From positions 17,980,001 through 18,044,000 of the forward strand of contig OZ024744.1 in the NCBI GenBank assembly GCA_964016885.1: a DNA stretch of 64,000 nt. The letters run 5' to 3'. The position numbers were made by a program, and so were the translations under genes. The stretch comes from Eledone cirrhosa (Eukaryota). The notes beneath the pieces were generated by a model, which was given only the letters and a program-made list of their open reading frames with translations, had not been told where the DNA came from and made no database searches. This document shows positions 13,601 through 26,900 of the stretch, piece by piece (position 1 is the stretch's first letter; each line of letters starts with the position of its first letter).

Positions 13601-15420
13601 TATATCACTGTATGTTTCTGTATGTCTGTGTCACTGTCTATCTCGCTGTATGTTTCTGAATGTCTGTGTCACTGTGTATGTCACTGTGCGTTTCTGTATG
13701 TCTGTGTTACGGTGTATGTCACTGTATGTTTGTGTGTGTATGTGTCACTGTGTATGTCACTGTGTGTTTGTGTATGTCTGTGTCACTGTGTATGTCACTG
13801 TGTGTTTCTGTATGTCTGTGTCACTGTGTAAGTCATTGTATCTTTGTGTATGTCTGTGGCACTCTGTATGTCATTGTGTGTTTCTGTATGTCTGTGTGAC
13901 TGTCTATGTCACTGTATATTTGTGTATGTCTGTGACACTGTGTATGTCAATGTGTGTTTCTGTATGTATGTGTCTCTGTATATGTCACTGTATCTTTGTG
14001 TATGTATGTGTCACTGTGTATGTCACTGTGTGTTTGTGTATGACTGTGTCACTGTGTATGTTACTGTGAGTTTCTGTATGTCTGTGTCACGGTGTATGTC
14101 ACTGTATATTTCTGTATGTCCGTGTCAGTGTGTATGTCACTGGGTGTTTCTGTATGTGTGTGTCACACTGTATATCACTGTATATTTGTGTAGGTCTGTG
14201 TCAGCGTGTATGTCACTGTATCTTTATGTATGTCTGTGTCACTGTGTATGTCACTGTGAGTTTCTGTATGTATGTGTCACTGTGTATGTCACTGTATCTT
14301 TATGTATGTCTGTGTCACTGTGTATGTCACTGTGAGTTTCTGTATGTCTGTGTCACTGTGTAAGTCATTGTATCTTTGCGTATGTCTGTGGCACTCTGTA
14401 TGTCATTGTGTGTTTCTGTATGTCTGTGTGACTGTCTATGTCACTGTATCTTTGTGTATGTCTGCGTCACTGTGTATGTCACTGTGTGTTTATGTATGTC
14501 TGTGTCTCTGACTATGTCACTGTGTGTTTGCGTGTGTCTGTGTCACTGTGTATGTCGCTGTGTGTTTCTGTATGTATGTGTGACTGTGTATGTCACTGTT
14601 TGTTTGTGTATGTCTGTGTCACTGTGTATGTCATTGTGTGTTTCTGTATGTCTGTGTCACTGTGCATGTCATTGAATCTTTGTGTATGTCTGTGTCACTG
14701 TGTATGTCACTGTATCTTTGTGTATGTCTGTGTCACTGTGTATGTCATTGTGTGTTTCTGTATGTCTGTGTCACTGTGTATGTCACTGTATATTTCTGTA
14801 TGTCTGTTTCACTGTGTATGTCACTGTGTGTTTCTGTATGTCTCTGTCACTCTGTATGTCACTGTATATTTCTGTATGTCTGTGTCACTGTGTATGTCAC
14901 TGTATGTTTCTGTATGTCTGTGTCACTCTGTATGTCAATGTGTGTTTCTGCATGTCTGTGTCACTGTGTATGTCATTGTGTGTTTCTGTATGTCTGTGTC
15001 ACTGTGTATGTCACTGTATCTTTGTGTATGTATGTGTCCCTGTGTATGTCACTGTATGTTTCTGTATGTCTGTGTCACTGTGTTTCTGTATGTCTGTGTC
15101 ACTGTGTATGTCACTGTATCTTTGTGTATGTCTGTGTCACCGTGTCTGTCACTGTATGTTTCTGTATGGCAGTGTTACTGTGTATGTCACTGTATGTTTC
15201 TGTATGTCTGTGTCACTGTGTATGTCACTGTATGTTTCTGTATGTCTGTGTCACTGTGTATGTCACTGTATCTTTGTGTATGTATGTGTCCCTGTGTATG
15301 TCACTGTATGTTTATGTATGTCTGTGTCACTGTGTATATCACTGTATGTTTCTGTATGTCTGTGTCACTGTCTATCTCACTGTGTGTTTCTGAATGTCTG
15401 TGTCACTGTGTATGTCACTG
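7625..15420. repeat. ~7.8-kb block, copy 1 (copy 2 at +16,323)
   Basis: ORF starts 7989/24312, 8161/24484, 10440/26763 and 12510/28833, and markers TAAAGG 8414/24737 and GGCAGTG 15168/31491, all share offset 16,323. Confidence 0.9.
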
Positions 15421-18400
15421 TGCGTTTCTGTATGTCTGTGTCACGGTGTATGTCAATGTCTCTGTGTGTTTCTGTATGTCTGTGTCTCTGTGTATGTCAC
15501 TGTATCTTTGTGTCTGTATGTGTCACTGTGTATGTCACTGTGTGTTTCTGTATGTCTGTGTCACTGTGTATGTCAATGTCTCTGTGTGTTTCTGTATGTC
15601 TGTGTCTCTGTGTATGTCACTGTATCTTTGTGTATGTATGTGTCACTGTGTATGTCACTGTGTGTTTCTGTATGTCTGTGTCACTGTGTATGTCACTGTG
15701 TGTTTCTGCATGTCAGTGTCACTGTGTAAGTCACTGTGTGTTTCTGTATGTCTGTGTCACTGTATATGTCACTGTATGTTTGTGTATGTCTGTGTCACTG
15801 TGTATGTCACTGTCTGTTTCTGTATGACTGTGTCACTGTGTATGTCACTGTGTGTTTCTGTATGTATGTGTCACTGTGTATGTCACTGAGTGTTTCTGTA
15901 TGTATGTGTCACTATGTATGTCGCTGTATGTTTGTATTGTCTGTGTCACTGTGTATGTCACTGTGTATTTCTGTATGTCTGTGTCAGTGTGTATGTCACT
16001 GGGTGTTTCTGTATGTCTGTGTCACACTGTATATCACTGTATCTTTGTGTAGGTCTCTGTCACCGTGTATGTCACTGTGAGTTTCTGTATGTCTGTGTCA
16101 CTGTGTATGTCACAGTGTGTTTCTGTATGTATGTGTCACTGTGTATGTCACTGTATGTCTCTGTATGTATGTGTCACTGTCTATGTCACTGTATCTTTGT
16201 GTATGTCTACGTCACTGTGTATGTCACTGTGTGTTTCTGTATGTCTGTGTCTCTGTGTATGTCACTGTATCTTTGTGTATGTTTGTGTCACGGTGTATAT
16301 CCCTGTACGTTTGTGTATGTCTGTGTCACTCTATATGTCACTGTACGTTTGTGTATGTCTGTGTGACTGTGTATGTCACTGTATGTTTCTGTATGTCTGT
16401 GTCACGGTGTATGTAACTGTGTGTTTCTGTATGTCTGTGTCACTGTGTATGTCACTGTATCTTTGTGTATGTCTGTGTCACTGTGTACGTCACTGTGTGT
16501 TTCTGTATGTATGTGTCACTGTCTATGTCACTGTATGTTTCTGAATGTCTGTGTCACTATGTATGTCACTGTGTGTTTCTGTATGTCTGTGTCACGGTGT
16601 ATGTCACTGTATGTTTGTGTGTGCCTGTGTCACTGTGTATGTCACTGTGTGTTTCTGTATGTCTGTGTCACCGTGTATGTCACTGTATCTTTGTGTATGC
16701 CTGTGTCACTGTGTATGTCACTGTGTGATTATGTATGTCTGTGTCACTGTGTATGTCACTGTGTGTTTCTGTATGTTTGTGTCACTGTGTATGTCACTAA
16801 AGGTTTGTGTGTGTCTGTGTCTCTGTCTATGTCACTGTGTGTTTGCGTGTGTCTGTGTCACTGTGTATGTCACTGTTTGTTTGTGTATGTCTGTGTCACT
16901 GTGTGTGTTTCTGTATGTCTGTGTCACTGTGCATGTCATTGTATCTTCGTGTATGTCTGTGTCACTGTGTATGTCACTGTATCTTTGTGTATGTCTGTGT
17001 CACTCTGTATGTCACTGTGTGTTTCTGCATGTCTGTGTCACTCTGTATGTCACTGTATATTTCTGTATGTCTGTGTCACTGTGTATGTCACTGTATGTTT
17101 CTGTATGTCTGTGTCACTGTGTATGTCACTGTATTTTTATGTATGTCTGTGTCACTGTGTATGTCACTGTATCTTCGTGTATGTATGTGTCCCTGTGTAT
17201 GTCACTGTATGTTTCTGTATGTCTGTGTCATTGTGTATGTCACTGTGTGTATCTGTATGTCTGTGTCACTGTGTATGTCAATGTATGTTTGTGTATGTCT
17301 GTGTCACCGTGTATGTCACTGTATGTTTCTGTATGTCTGTGTCACTGTGTATGTCACTGTATGTTTCTGTATGTCTGTGTCACTGTGTATGTCACTGTAT
17401 GTTTCTGTATGTCTGTGTCACTGTGTATGTCACTGTATGTTTCTGTATGTCTGTGTCACTGTGTATATCACTGTATGTTTCTGTATGTCTGTGTCACTGT
17501 CTATCTCGCTGTATGTTTCTGAATGTCTGTGTCACTGTGTATGTCACTGTGCGTTTCTGTATGTCTGTGTTACGGTGTATGTCACTGTATGTTTGTGTGT
17601 GTATGTGTCACTGTGTATGTCACTGTGTGTTTGTGTATGTCTGTGTCACTGTGTATGTCACTGTGTGTTTCTGTATGTCTGTGTCACTGTGTAAGTCATT
17701 GTATCTTTGTGTATGTCTGTGGCACTCTGTATGTCATTGTGTGTTTCTGTATGTCTGTGTGACTGTCTATGTCACTGTATATTTGTGTATGTCTGTGACA
17801 CTGTGTATGTCAATGTGTGTTTCTGTATGTATGTGTCTCTGTATATGTCACTGTATCTTTGTGTATGTATGTGTCACTGTGTATGTCACTGTGTGTTTGT
17901 GTATGACTGTGTCACTGTGTATGTTACTGTGAGTTTCTGTATGTCTGTGTCACGGTGTATGTCACTGTATATTTCTGTATGTCCGTGTCAGTGTGTATGT
18001 CACTGGGTGTTTCTGTATGTGTGTGTCACACTGTATATCACTGTATATTTGTGTAGGTCTGTGTCAGCGTGTATGTCACTGTATCTTTATGTATGTCTGT
18101 GTCACTGTGTATGTCACTGTGAGTTTCTGTATGTATGTGTCACTGTGTATGTCACTGTATCTTTATGTATGTCTGTGTCACTGTGTATGTCACTGTGAGT
18201 TTCTGTATGTCTGTGTCACTGTGTAAGTCATTGTATCTTTGCGTATGTCTGTGGCACTCTGTATGTCATTGTGTGTTTCTGTATGTCTGTGTGACTGTCT
18301 ATGTCACTGTATCTTTGTGTATGTCTGCGTCACTGTGTATGTCACTGTGTGTTTATGTATGTCTGTGTCTCTGACTATGTCACTGTGTGTTTGCGTGTGT

Positions 18401-20090
18401 CTGTGTCACTGTGTATGTCGCTGTGTGTTTCTGTATGTATGTGTGACTGTGTATGTCACTGTTTGTTTGTGTATGTCTGTGTCACTGTGTATGTCATTGT
18501 GTGTTTCTGTATGTCTGTGTCACTGTGCATGTCATTGAATCTTTGTGTATGTCTGTGTCACTGTGTATGTCACTGTATCTTTGTGTATGTCTGTGTCACT
18601 GTGTATGTCATTGTGTGTTTCTGTATGTCTGTGTCACTGTGTATGTCACTGTATATTTCTGTATGTCTGTTTCACTGTGTATGTCACTGTGTGTTTCTGT
18701 ATGTCTCTGTCACTCTGTATGTCACTGTATATTTCTGTATGTCTGTGTCACTGTGTATGTCACTGTATGTTTCTGTATGTCTGTGTCACTCTGTATGTCA
18801 ATGTGTGTTTCTGCATGTCTGTGTCACTGTGTATGTCATTGTGTGTTTCTGTATGTCTGTGTCACTGTGTATGTCACTGTATCTTTGTGTATGTATGTGT
18901 CCCTGTGTATGTCACTGTATGTTTCTGTATGTCTGTGTCACTGTGTTTCTGTATGTCTGTGTCACTGTGTATGTCACTGTATCTTTGTGTATGTCTGTGT
19001 CACCGTGTCTGTCACTGTATGTTTCTGTATGGCAGTGTTACTGTGTATGTCACTGTATGTTTCTGTATGTCTGTGTCACTGTGTATGTCACTGTATGTTT
19101 CTGTATGTCTGTGTCACTGTGTATGTCACTGTATCTTTGTGTATGTATGTGTCCCTGTGTATGTCACTGTATGTTTATGTATGTCTGTGTCACTGTCTAT
19201 CTCACTGTGTGTTTCTGAATGTCTGTGTCACTGTGTATGTCACTGTGCGTTTCTGTATGTCTGTGTCACGGTGTATGTCAATGTCTCTGTGTGTTTCTGT
19301 ATGTCTGTGTCTCTGTGTATGTCACTGTATCTTTGTGTCTGTATGTGTCACTGTGTATGTCACTGTGTGTTTCTGTATGTCTGTGTCACTGTGTATGTCA
19401 ATGTCTCTGTGTGTTTCTGTATGTCTGTGTCTCTGTGTATGTCACTGTATCTTTGTGTATGTATGTGTCACTGTGTATGTCACTGTGTGTTTCTGTATGT
19501 CTGTGTCACTGTGTATGTCACTGTGTGTTTCTGCATGTCAGTGTCACTGTGTAAGTCACTGTGTGTTTCTGTATGTCTGTGTCACTGTATATGTCACTGT
19601 ATGTTTGTGTATGTCTGTGTCACTGTGTATGTCACTGTCTGTTTCTGTATGACTGTGTCACTGTGTATGTCACTGTGTGTTTCTGTATGTATGTGTCACT
19701 GTGTATGTCACTGAGTGTTTCTGTATGTATGTGTCACTATGTATGTCGCTGTATGTTTGTATTGTCTGTGTCACTGTGTATGTCACTGTGTATTTCTGTA
19801 TGTCTGTGTCAGTGTGTATGTCACTGGGTGTTTCTGTATGTCTGTGTCACACTGTATATCACTGTATCTTTGTGTAGGTCTCTGTCACCGTGTATGTCAC
19901 TGTGAGTTTCTGTATGTCTGTGTCACTGTGTATGTCACAGTGTGTTTCTGTATGTATGTGTCACTGTGTATGTCACTGTATGTCTCTGTATGTATGTGTC
20001 ACTGTCTATGTCACTGTATCTTTGTGTATGTCTACGTCACTGTGTATGTCACTGTGTGTTTCTGTATGTCTGTGTCTCTGTGTATGTCAC
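12400..20090. repeat. 3,863-bp higher-order unit in tandem (~12400-16265 and ~16266-20090; second copy 38 bp shorter)
   Basis: TAAAGG 12935/16798, GGCAGTG 15168/19031 and ORFs 12510/16373 give offset 3,863. The offset falls to 3,825 after ~19190 (15394/19219). Confidence 0.88.
15421..15660. repeat. 120-bp (44+38+38) trimer duplicated in tandem
   Basis: 15421-15540 and 15541-15660 align, each containing the 44-bp variant with GTCAATGTCTCTG. The same doublet recurs near 19250, 35710, 39500 and 58130. Confidence 0.85.
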
Positions 20091-23000
20091 TGTATCTTTG
20101 TGTATGTTTGTGTCACGGTGTATATCCCTGTACGTTTGTGTATGTCTGTGTCACTCTATATGTCACTGTACGTTTGTGTATGTCTGTGTGACTGTGTATG
20201 TCACTGTATGTTTCTGTATGTCTGTGTCACGGTGTATGTCACTGTGTGTTTCTGTATGTCTGTGTCACTGTGTATGTCACTGTATCTTTGTATATGTCTG
20301 TGTCACTGTGTACGTCACTGTGTGTTTCTGTATGTCTGTGTCACGGTGTATGTCACTGTATGTTTGTGTGTGTCTGTGTCACTGTGTATGTCACTGTGTG
20401 TTTCTGTATGTCTGTTTCACCGTGTATGTCACTGTATCTTTGTGTATGCCTGTGTCACTGTGTATGTCAATGTGTGATTATGTATGTCTGTGTCTCTGTC
20501 TATGTCACTGTGTGTTTGCGTGTGTCTGTGTCACTGTGTATGTCACTGTTTGTTTGTGTATGTCTGTGTCACTGTGTGTGTTTCTGTATGTCTGTGTCAC
20601 TGTGCATGTCATTGTATCTTCGTGTATGTCTGTGTCACTGTGTATGTCACTGTATCTGTGTGTATGTCTGTGCCACTCTGTATGTCACTGTGTGTTTCTG
20701 CATGTCTGTGTTACTGTGTATGTCATTGTGTGTTTCTGTATGTCTGTGTCACTGTGTATGTCACTGTATGTTTCTGTATGTCTGTTTCACTGTGTATGTC
20801 ACTGTGTGTTTCTGTATGTCTCTGTCACTCTGTATGTCACTGTATATTTCTGTATGTCTGTGTCACTGTGTATGTCACTGTATGTTTCTGTATGTCTGTG
20901 TCACTGTGTATGTCACTGTATTTTTATGTATGTCTGTGTCACTGTGTATGTCACTGTATGTTTCTGTATGTCTGTGTCACTGTGTATGTCACTGTATCTT
21001 CGTGTATGTATGTGTCCCTGTGTATGTCACTGTATGTTTCTGTATGTCTGTGTCACTGTGTATATCACTGTATGTTTCTGTATGTCTGTGTCACTGTCTA
21101 TCTCACTGTATGTTTCTGAATGCCTGTGTCACTGTGTATGTCACTGTGCGTTTCTGTATGTCTGTGTCACGGTGTATGTCACTGTATGTTTGTGTGTGTA
21201 TGTGTCACTGTGTATGTCACTGTGTGTTTGTGTATGTCTGTGTCACTGTGTATGTCACTGTGTGTTTCTGTATGTCTGTGTCACTGTGTAAGTCAATGTA
21301 TCTTTGTGTATGTCTGTGGCACTCTGTATGTCATTGTGTGTTTCTGTATGTCTGTGTGACTGTCTATGTCACTGTATATTTGTGTATGTCTGTGACACTG
21401 TGTATGTCAATGTGTGTTTCTGTATGTATGTGTCTCTGTGTATGTCACTGTATCTTTGTGTATGTATGTGTCACTGTGTATGTCACTGTGTGTTTGTGTA
21501 TGACTGTGTCACTGTGTATGTTACTGTGAGTTTCTGTATGTCTGTGTCACGGTGTATGTCACTGTATATTTCTGTATGTCTGTGTCAGTGTGTATGTCAC
21601 TGGGTGTTTCTGTATGTGTGTGTCACACTGTATATCACTGTATCTTTGTGTAGGTCTGTGTCAGCGTGTATGTCACTGTATCTTTATGTATGTCTGTGTC
21701 ACTGTGTATGTCACTGTGAGTTTCTGTATGTATGTGTCACTGTGTATGTCACTGTATCTTTATGTATGTCTGTGTCACTGTGTATGTCACTGTGAGTTTC
21801 TGTATGTCTGTGTCACTGTGTAAGTCATTGTATCTTTGTGTATGTCGGTGGCACTCTGTATGTCATTGTGTGTTTCTGTATGTCTGTGTGACTGTCTATG
21901 TCACTGTATCTTTGTGTATGACTGCGTCACTGTGTATGTCACTGTGTGTTTCTGTATGTCTGTGTCTCTGTCTATGTCACTGTGTGTTTGCGTCTGTCTG
22001 TGTCACTGTGTATGTCGCTGTGTGTTTCTGTATGTCTGTGTGACTGTGTATGTCACTGTTTGTTTGTGTATGTCTGTGTCACTGTGTGTGTTTCTGTATG
22101 TCTGTGTCACTGTGCATGTCATTGAATCTTTGTATATGTCTGTGTCACTGTGTATGTCACTGTATCTTTGTGTATGTCTGTGTCACTCTGTATGTCACTG
22201 TGTGTTTCTGCATGTCTGTGTCACTGTGTATGCCATTGTGTGTTTCTGTATGTCTGTGTCACTGTGTATGTCACTGTATATTTCTGTATGTCTGTTTCAC
22301 TGTGTGTTTCTGCATGTCTGTGTCACTGTGTATGTCATTGTGTGTTTCTGTATGTCTGTGTCACTGTGTATGTCACTGTATCTTTGTGTATGTATGTGTC
22401 CCTGTGTATGTCACTGTATGTTTCTGTATGTCTGTGTCACTGTGTATGTCACTGTGTTTCTGTATGTCTGTGTCACTGTGTATGTCACTGTATCTTTGTG
22501 TATGTCTGTGTCACCGTGTATGTCACTGTATGTTTCTGTATGGCAGTGTCACTGTGTATGTCACTGTATGTTTCTGTATGTCTGTGTCACTGTGTATGTC
22601 ACTGTATGTTTCTGTATGTCTGTGTCACTGTGTATGACACTGTATCTTTGTGTATGTATGTGTCCCTGTATATGTCACTGTATGTTTCTGTATGTCTGTG
22701 TCACTGTGTATATCACTGTATGTTTCTGTATGTCTGTGTCACTGTCTATCTCACTGTGTGTTTCTGAATGTCTGTGTCACGGTGTATGTCACTGTATCAT
22801 TGTGTATGCCTGTGTCACTGTGTATGTCACTGTGTGTTTCTGTATGTCTGTGTCACGGTGTATGTCACTGTATCATTGTGTATGCCTGTGTCACTGTGTA
22901 TGTCACTGTGTGTTTCTGTATGTCTGTGTCACTGTGTATGTCAATGTCTCTGTGTGTTTCTGTATGTCTGTGTCTCTGTGTATGTCACTGTATCTTTGTG

Positions 23001-23947
23001 TATGTATGTGTCACTGTGTATGTCACTGTGTGTTTCTGTATGTCTGTGTCACTGTGTATGTCACTGTGTGTTTCTGCATGTCAGTGTCACTGTGTATGTC
23101 ACTGTGTGTTTCTGTATGTCTGTGTCACTGTATATGTCACTGTATGTTTGTGTATGTCTGTGTCACTGTGTATGTCACTGTGTGTTTCTGTATGTCTGTG
23201 TCACTGTGTATGTCACTGTGTGTTTCTGTATGTATGTGTCACTGTGTATGTCACTGAGTGTTTCTGTATGTATGTGTCACTATGTATGTCGCTGTATGTT
23301 TGTGTTGTCTGTGTCACTGTGTATGTCACTGGGTGTTTCTGTATGTCTATGTCACTGTGTATGTCACTGTGCGTTTCTGTATGTATGTATCACTGTGTAT
23401 GTCACTGTGTGTTTCTGCATGTCTGTGTCACTGTCTATGTCACTGTATCTTTGTGTATGTCTGTTTCACTGTGTATGTCAATGTGTGTTTCTGTATGTAT
23501 GTGTCTCTGTGTATGTCACTTTATCTTTGTGTATGTATGTGTCACTGTGTATGTCACTGTGTGTTTGTGTATGCCTGTGTCACTGTGTATGTTAACTGTG
23601 AGTTTCTGTATGTCTGTGTCACTGTGTATGTCACTGTATATTTGTGTAGGTCTGTGTCAGCGTGTATGTCACTGTATCTTTATGTATGTCTGTGTCACTG
23701 TGTATGTCACTGTGAGTTTCTGTATGTATGTGTCACTGTGTATGTCACTGTATCTTTATGTATGTCTGTGTCACTGTGTATGTCACTGTGAGTTTCTGTA
23801 TGTCTGTGTCACTGTGTAAGTCATTGTATCTTTGCGTATGTCTGTGGCACTCTGTATGTCATTGTGTGTTTCTGTATGTCTGTGTGACTGTCTATGTCAC
23901 TGTATCTTTGTGTATGTCTGCGTCACTGTGTATGTCACTGTGTGTTT

Positions 23948-26900
23948 CTGTATGTATGTGTCACTGTCTATGTCACTGTATCTTTGTGTATGTCTACGTC
24001 ACTGTGTATGTCACTGTGTGTTTCTGTATGTCTGTGTCTCTGTGTATGTCACTGTATCTTTGTGTATGTATGTGTCACTGTTTATGTCACTGTGTGTTTA
24101 TGTATGTCTGTGTCACTGTGTATGTCACTGTGTGTTTCTGTATATCTGTGTCTCTGTGTATGTCACTGTATCTTTGTGTATGTCTGTGTCACTGTGTATG
24201 TCACTGTATCTTTGTGTATGTTTGTGTCACGGTGTATATCCCTGTACGTTTGTGTATGTCTGTGTCACTCTATATGTCACTGTACGTTTGTGTATGTCTG
24301 TGTGACTGTGTATGTCACTGTATGTTTCTGTATGTCTGTGTCACGGTGTATGTCACTGTGTGTTTCTGTATGTCTGTGTCACTGTGTATGTCACTGTATC
24401 TTTGTGTATGTCTGTGTCACTGTGTACGTCACTGTGTGTTTCTGTATGTATGTGTCACTGTCTATGTCACTGTATGTTTCTGAATGTCTGTGTCACTGTG
24501 TATGTCACTGTGTGTTTCTGTATGTCTGTGTCACGGTGTATGTCACTGTATGTTTGTGTGTGTCTGTGTCACTGTGTATGTCACTGTGTGTTTCTGTATG
24601 TCTGTGTCACCGTGTATGTCACTGTATCTTTGTGTATGCCTGTGTCACTGTGTATGTCACTGTGTGATTATGTATGTCTGTGTCACTGTGTATGTCACTG
24701 TGTGTTTCTGTATGTTTGTGTCACTGTGTATGTCACTAAAGGTTTGTGTGTGTCTGTGTCTCTGTCTATGTCACTGTGTGTTTGCGTGTGTCTGTGTCAC
24801 TGTGTATGTCACTGTTTGTTTGTGTATGTCTGTGTCACTGTGTGTGTTTCTGTATGTCTGTGCCACTGTGCATGTCATCGTATCTTCGTGTATGTCTGTG
24901 TCACTGTGTATGTCACTGTATCTTTGTGTATGTCTGTGTCACTCTGTATGTCACTGTGTGTTTCTGCATGTCTGTGTCACTCTGTATGTCACTGTATATT
25001 TCTGTATGTCTGTGTCACTGTGTATGTCACTGTATGTTTCTGTATGTCTGTGTCACTGTGTATGTCACTGTATTTTTATGTATGTCTGTGTCACTGTGTA
25101 TGTCACTGTATCTTCGTGTATGTATGTGTCCCTGTGTATGTCACTGTATGTTTCTGTATGTCTGTGTCATTGTGTATGTCACTGTGTGTATCTGTATGTC
25201 TGTGTCACTGTGTATGTCAATGTATGTTTGTGTATGTCTGTGTCACCGTGTATGTCACTGTATGTTTCTGTATGTCTGTGTCACTGTGTATGTCACTGTA
25301 TGTTTCTGTATGTCTGTGTCACTGTGTATGTCACTGTATGTTTCTGTATGTCTGTGTCACTGTGTATGTCACTGTATGTTTCTGTATGTCTGTGTCACTG
25401 TGTATATCACTGTATGTTTCTGTATGTCTGTGTCACTGTCTATCTCACTGTATGTTTCTGAATGTCTGTGTCACTGTGTATGTCACTGTGCGTTTCTGTA
25501 TGTCTGTGTTACGGTGTATGTCACTGTATGTTTGTGTGTGTATGTGTCACTGTGTATGTCACTGTGTGTTTGTGTATGTCTGTGTCACTGTGTATGTCAC
25601 TGTGTGTTTCTCTGTATGTCTGTGTCACTGTGTAAGTCATTGTATCTTTGTGTATGTCTGTGGCACTCTGTATGTCATTGTGTGTTTCTGTATGTCTGTG
25701 TGACTGTCTATGTCACTGTATATTTGTGTATGTCTGTGACACTGTGTATGTCAATGTGTGTTTCTGTATGTATGTGTCTCTGTATATGTCACTGTATCTT
25801 TGTGTATGTATGTGTCACTGTGTATGTCACTGTGTGTTTGTGTATGACTGTGTCACTGTGTATGTTACTGTGAGTTTCTGTATGTCTGTGTCACGGTGTA
25901 TGTCACTGTATATTTCTGTATGTCCGTGTCAGTGTGTATGTCACTGGGTGTTTCTGTATGTGTGTGTCACACTGTATATCACTGTATATTTGTGTAGGTC
26001 TGTGTCAGCGTGTATGTCACTGTATCTTTATGTATGTCTGTGTCACTGTGTATGTCACTGTGAGTTTCTGTATGTATGTGTCACTGTGTATGTCACTGTA
26101 TCTTTATGTATGTCTGTGTCACTGTGTATGTCAATGTGTGTTTCGGTATGTCTGTGCCACTGTATATGTCGCTGTATGTTTGTGTATGTCTGTGTCACTG
26201 TGTATGTCACTGTGTGTTTCTGTATGTCTGTGTCACTGTGTATGTCACTGTGTGTTTCTGTATGTCTGTGTCACTGTGCATGTCACTGAGAGTTTCTGTA
26301 TGTCTGTGTCACTATGTATGTCGCTGTATGTTTGTGTTGTCTGTGTCACTGTGTATGTCACTGGGTGTTTCTGTATGTATGTATCACTGTGTATGTCACT
26401 GTGTGTCTCTGTATGTCTGTGTCACTGTGTATGTCTGTGTCACTGTGTATGTCAATGTGTGTTTCTGTATGTATGTGTCTCTGTGTATGTCACTGTATCT
26501 TTGTGTATGTATGTGTCACTGTGTATGTCACTGTGTGTTTGTGTATGCCTGTGTCACTGTGTATGTTACTGTGAGTTTCTGTATGTCTGTGTCACTGTGT
26601 ATGTCACTGTATATTTCTGTATGTCTGTGTCAGTGTGTATGTCACTGGGTGTTTCTGTATGTCTGTGTCACACTGTATATCACTGTATCTTTGTGTAGGT
26701 CTCTGTCACCGTGTATGTCACTGTGAGTTTCTGTATGTCTGTGTCACTGTGTATGTCACAGTGTGTTTCTGTATGTATGTGTCACTGTGTATGTCACTGT
26801 ATGTCTCTGTATGTATGTGTCACTGTCTATGTCACTGTATCTTTGTGTATGTCTACGTCACTGTGTATGTCACTGTGTGTTTCTGTATGTCTGTGTCTCT

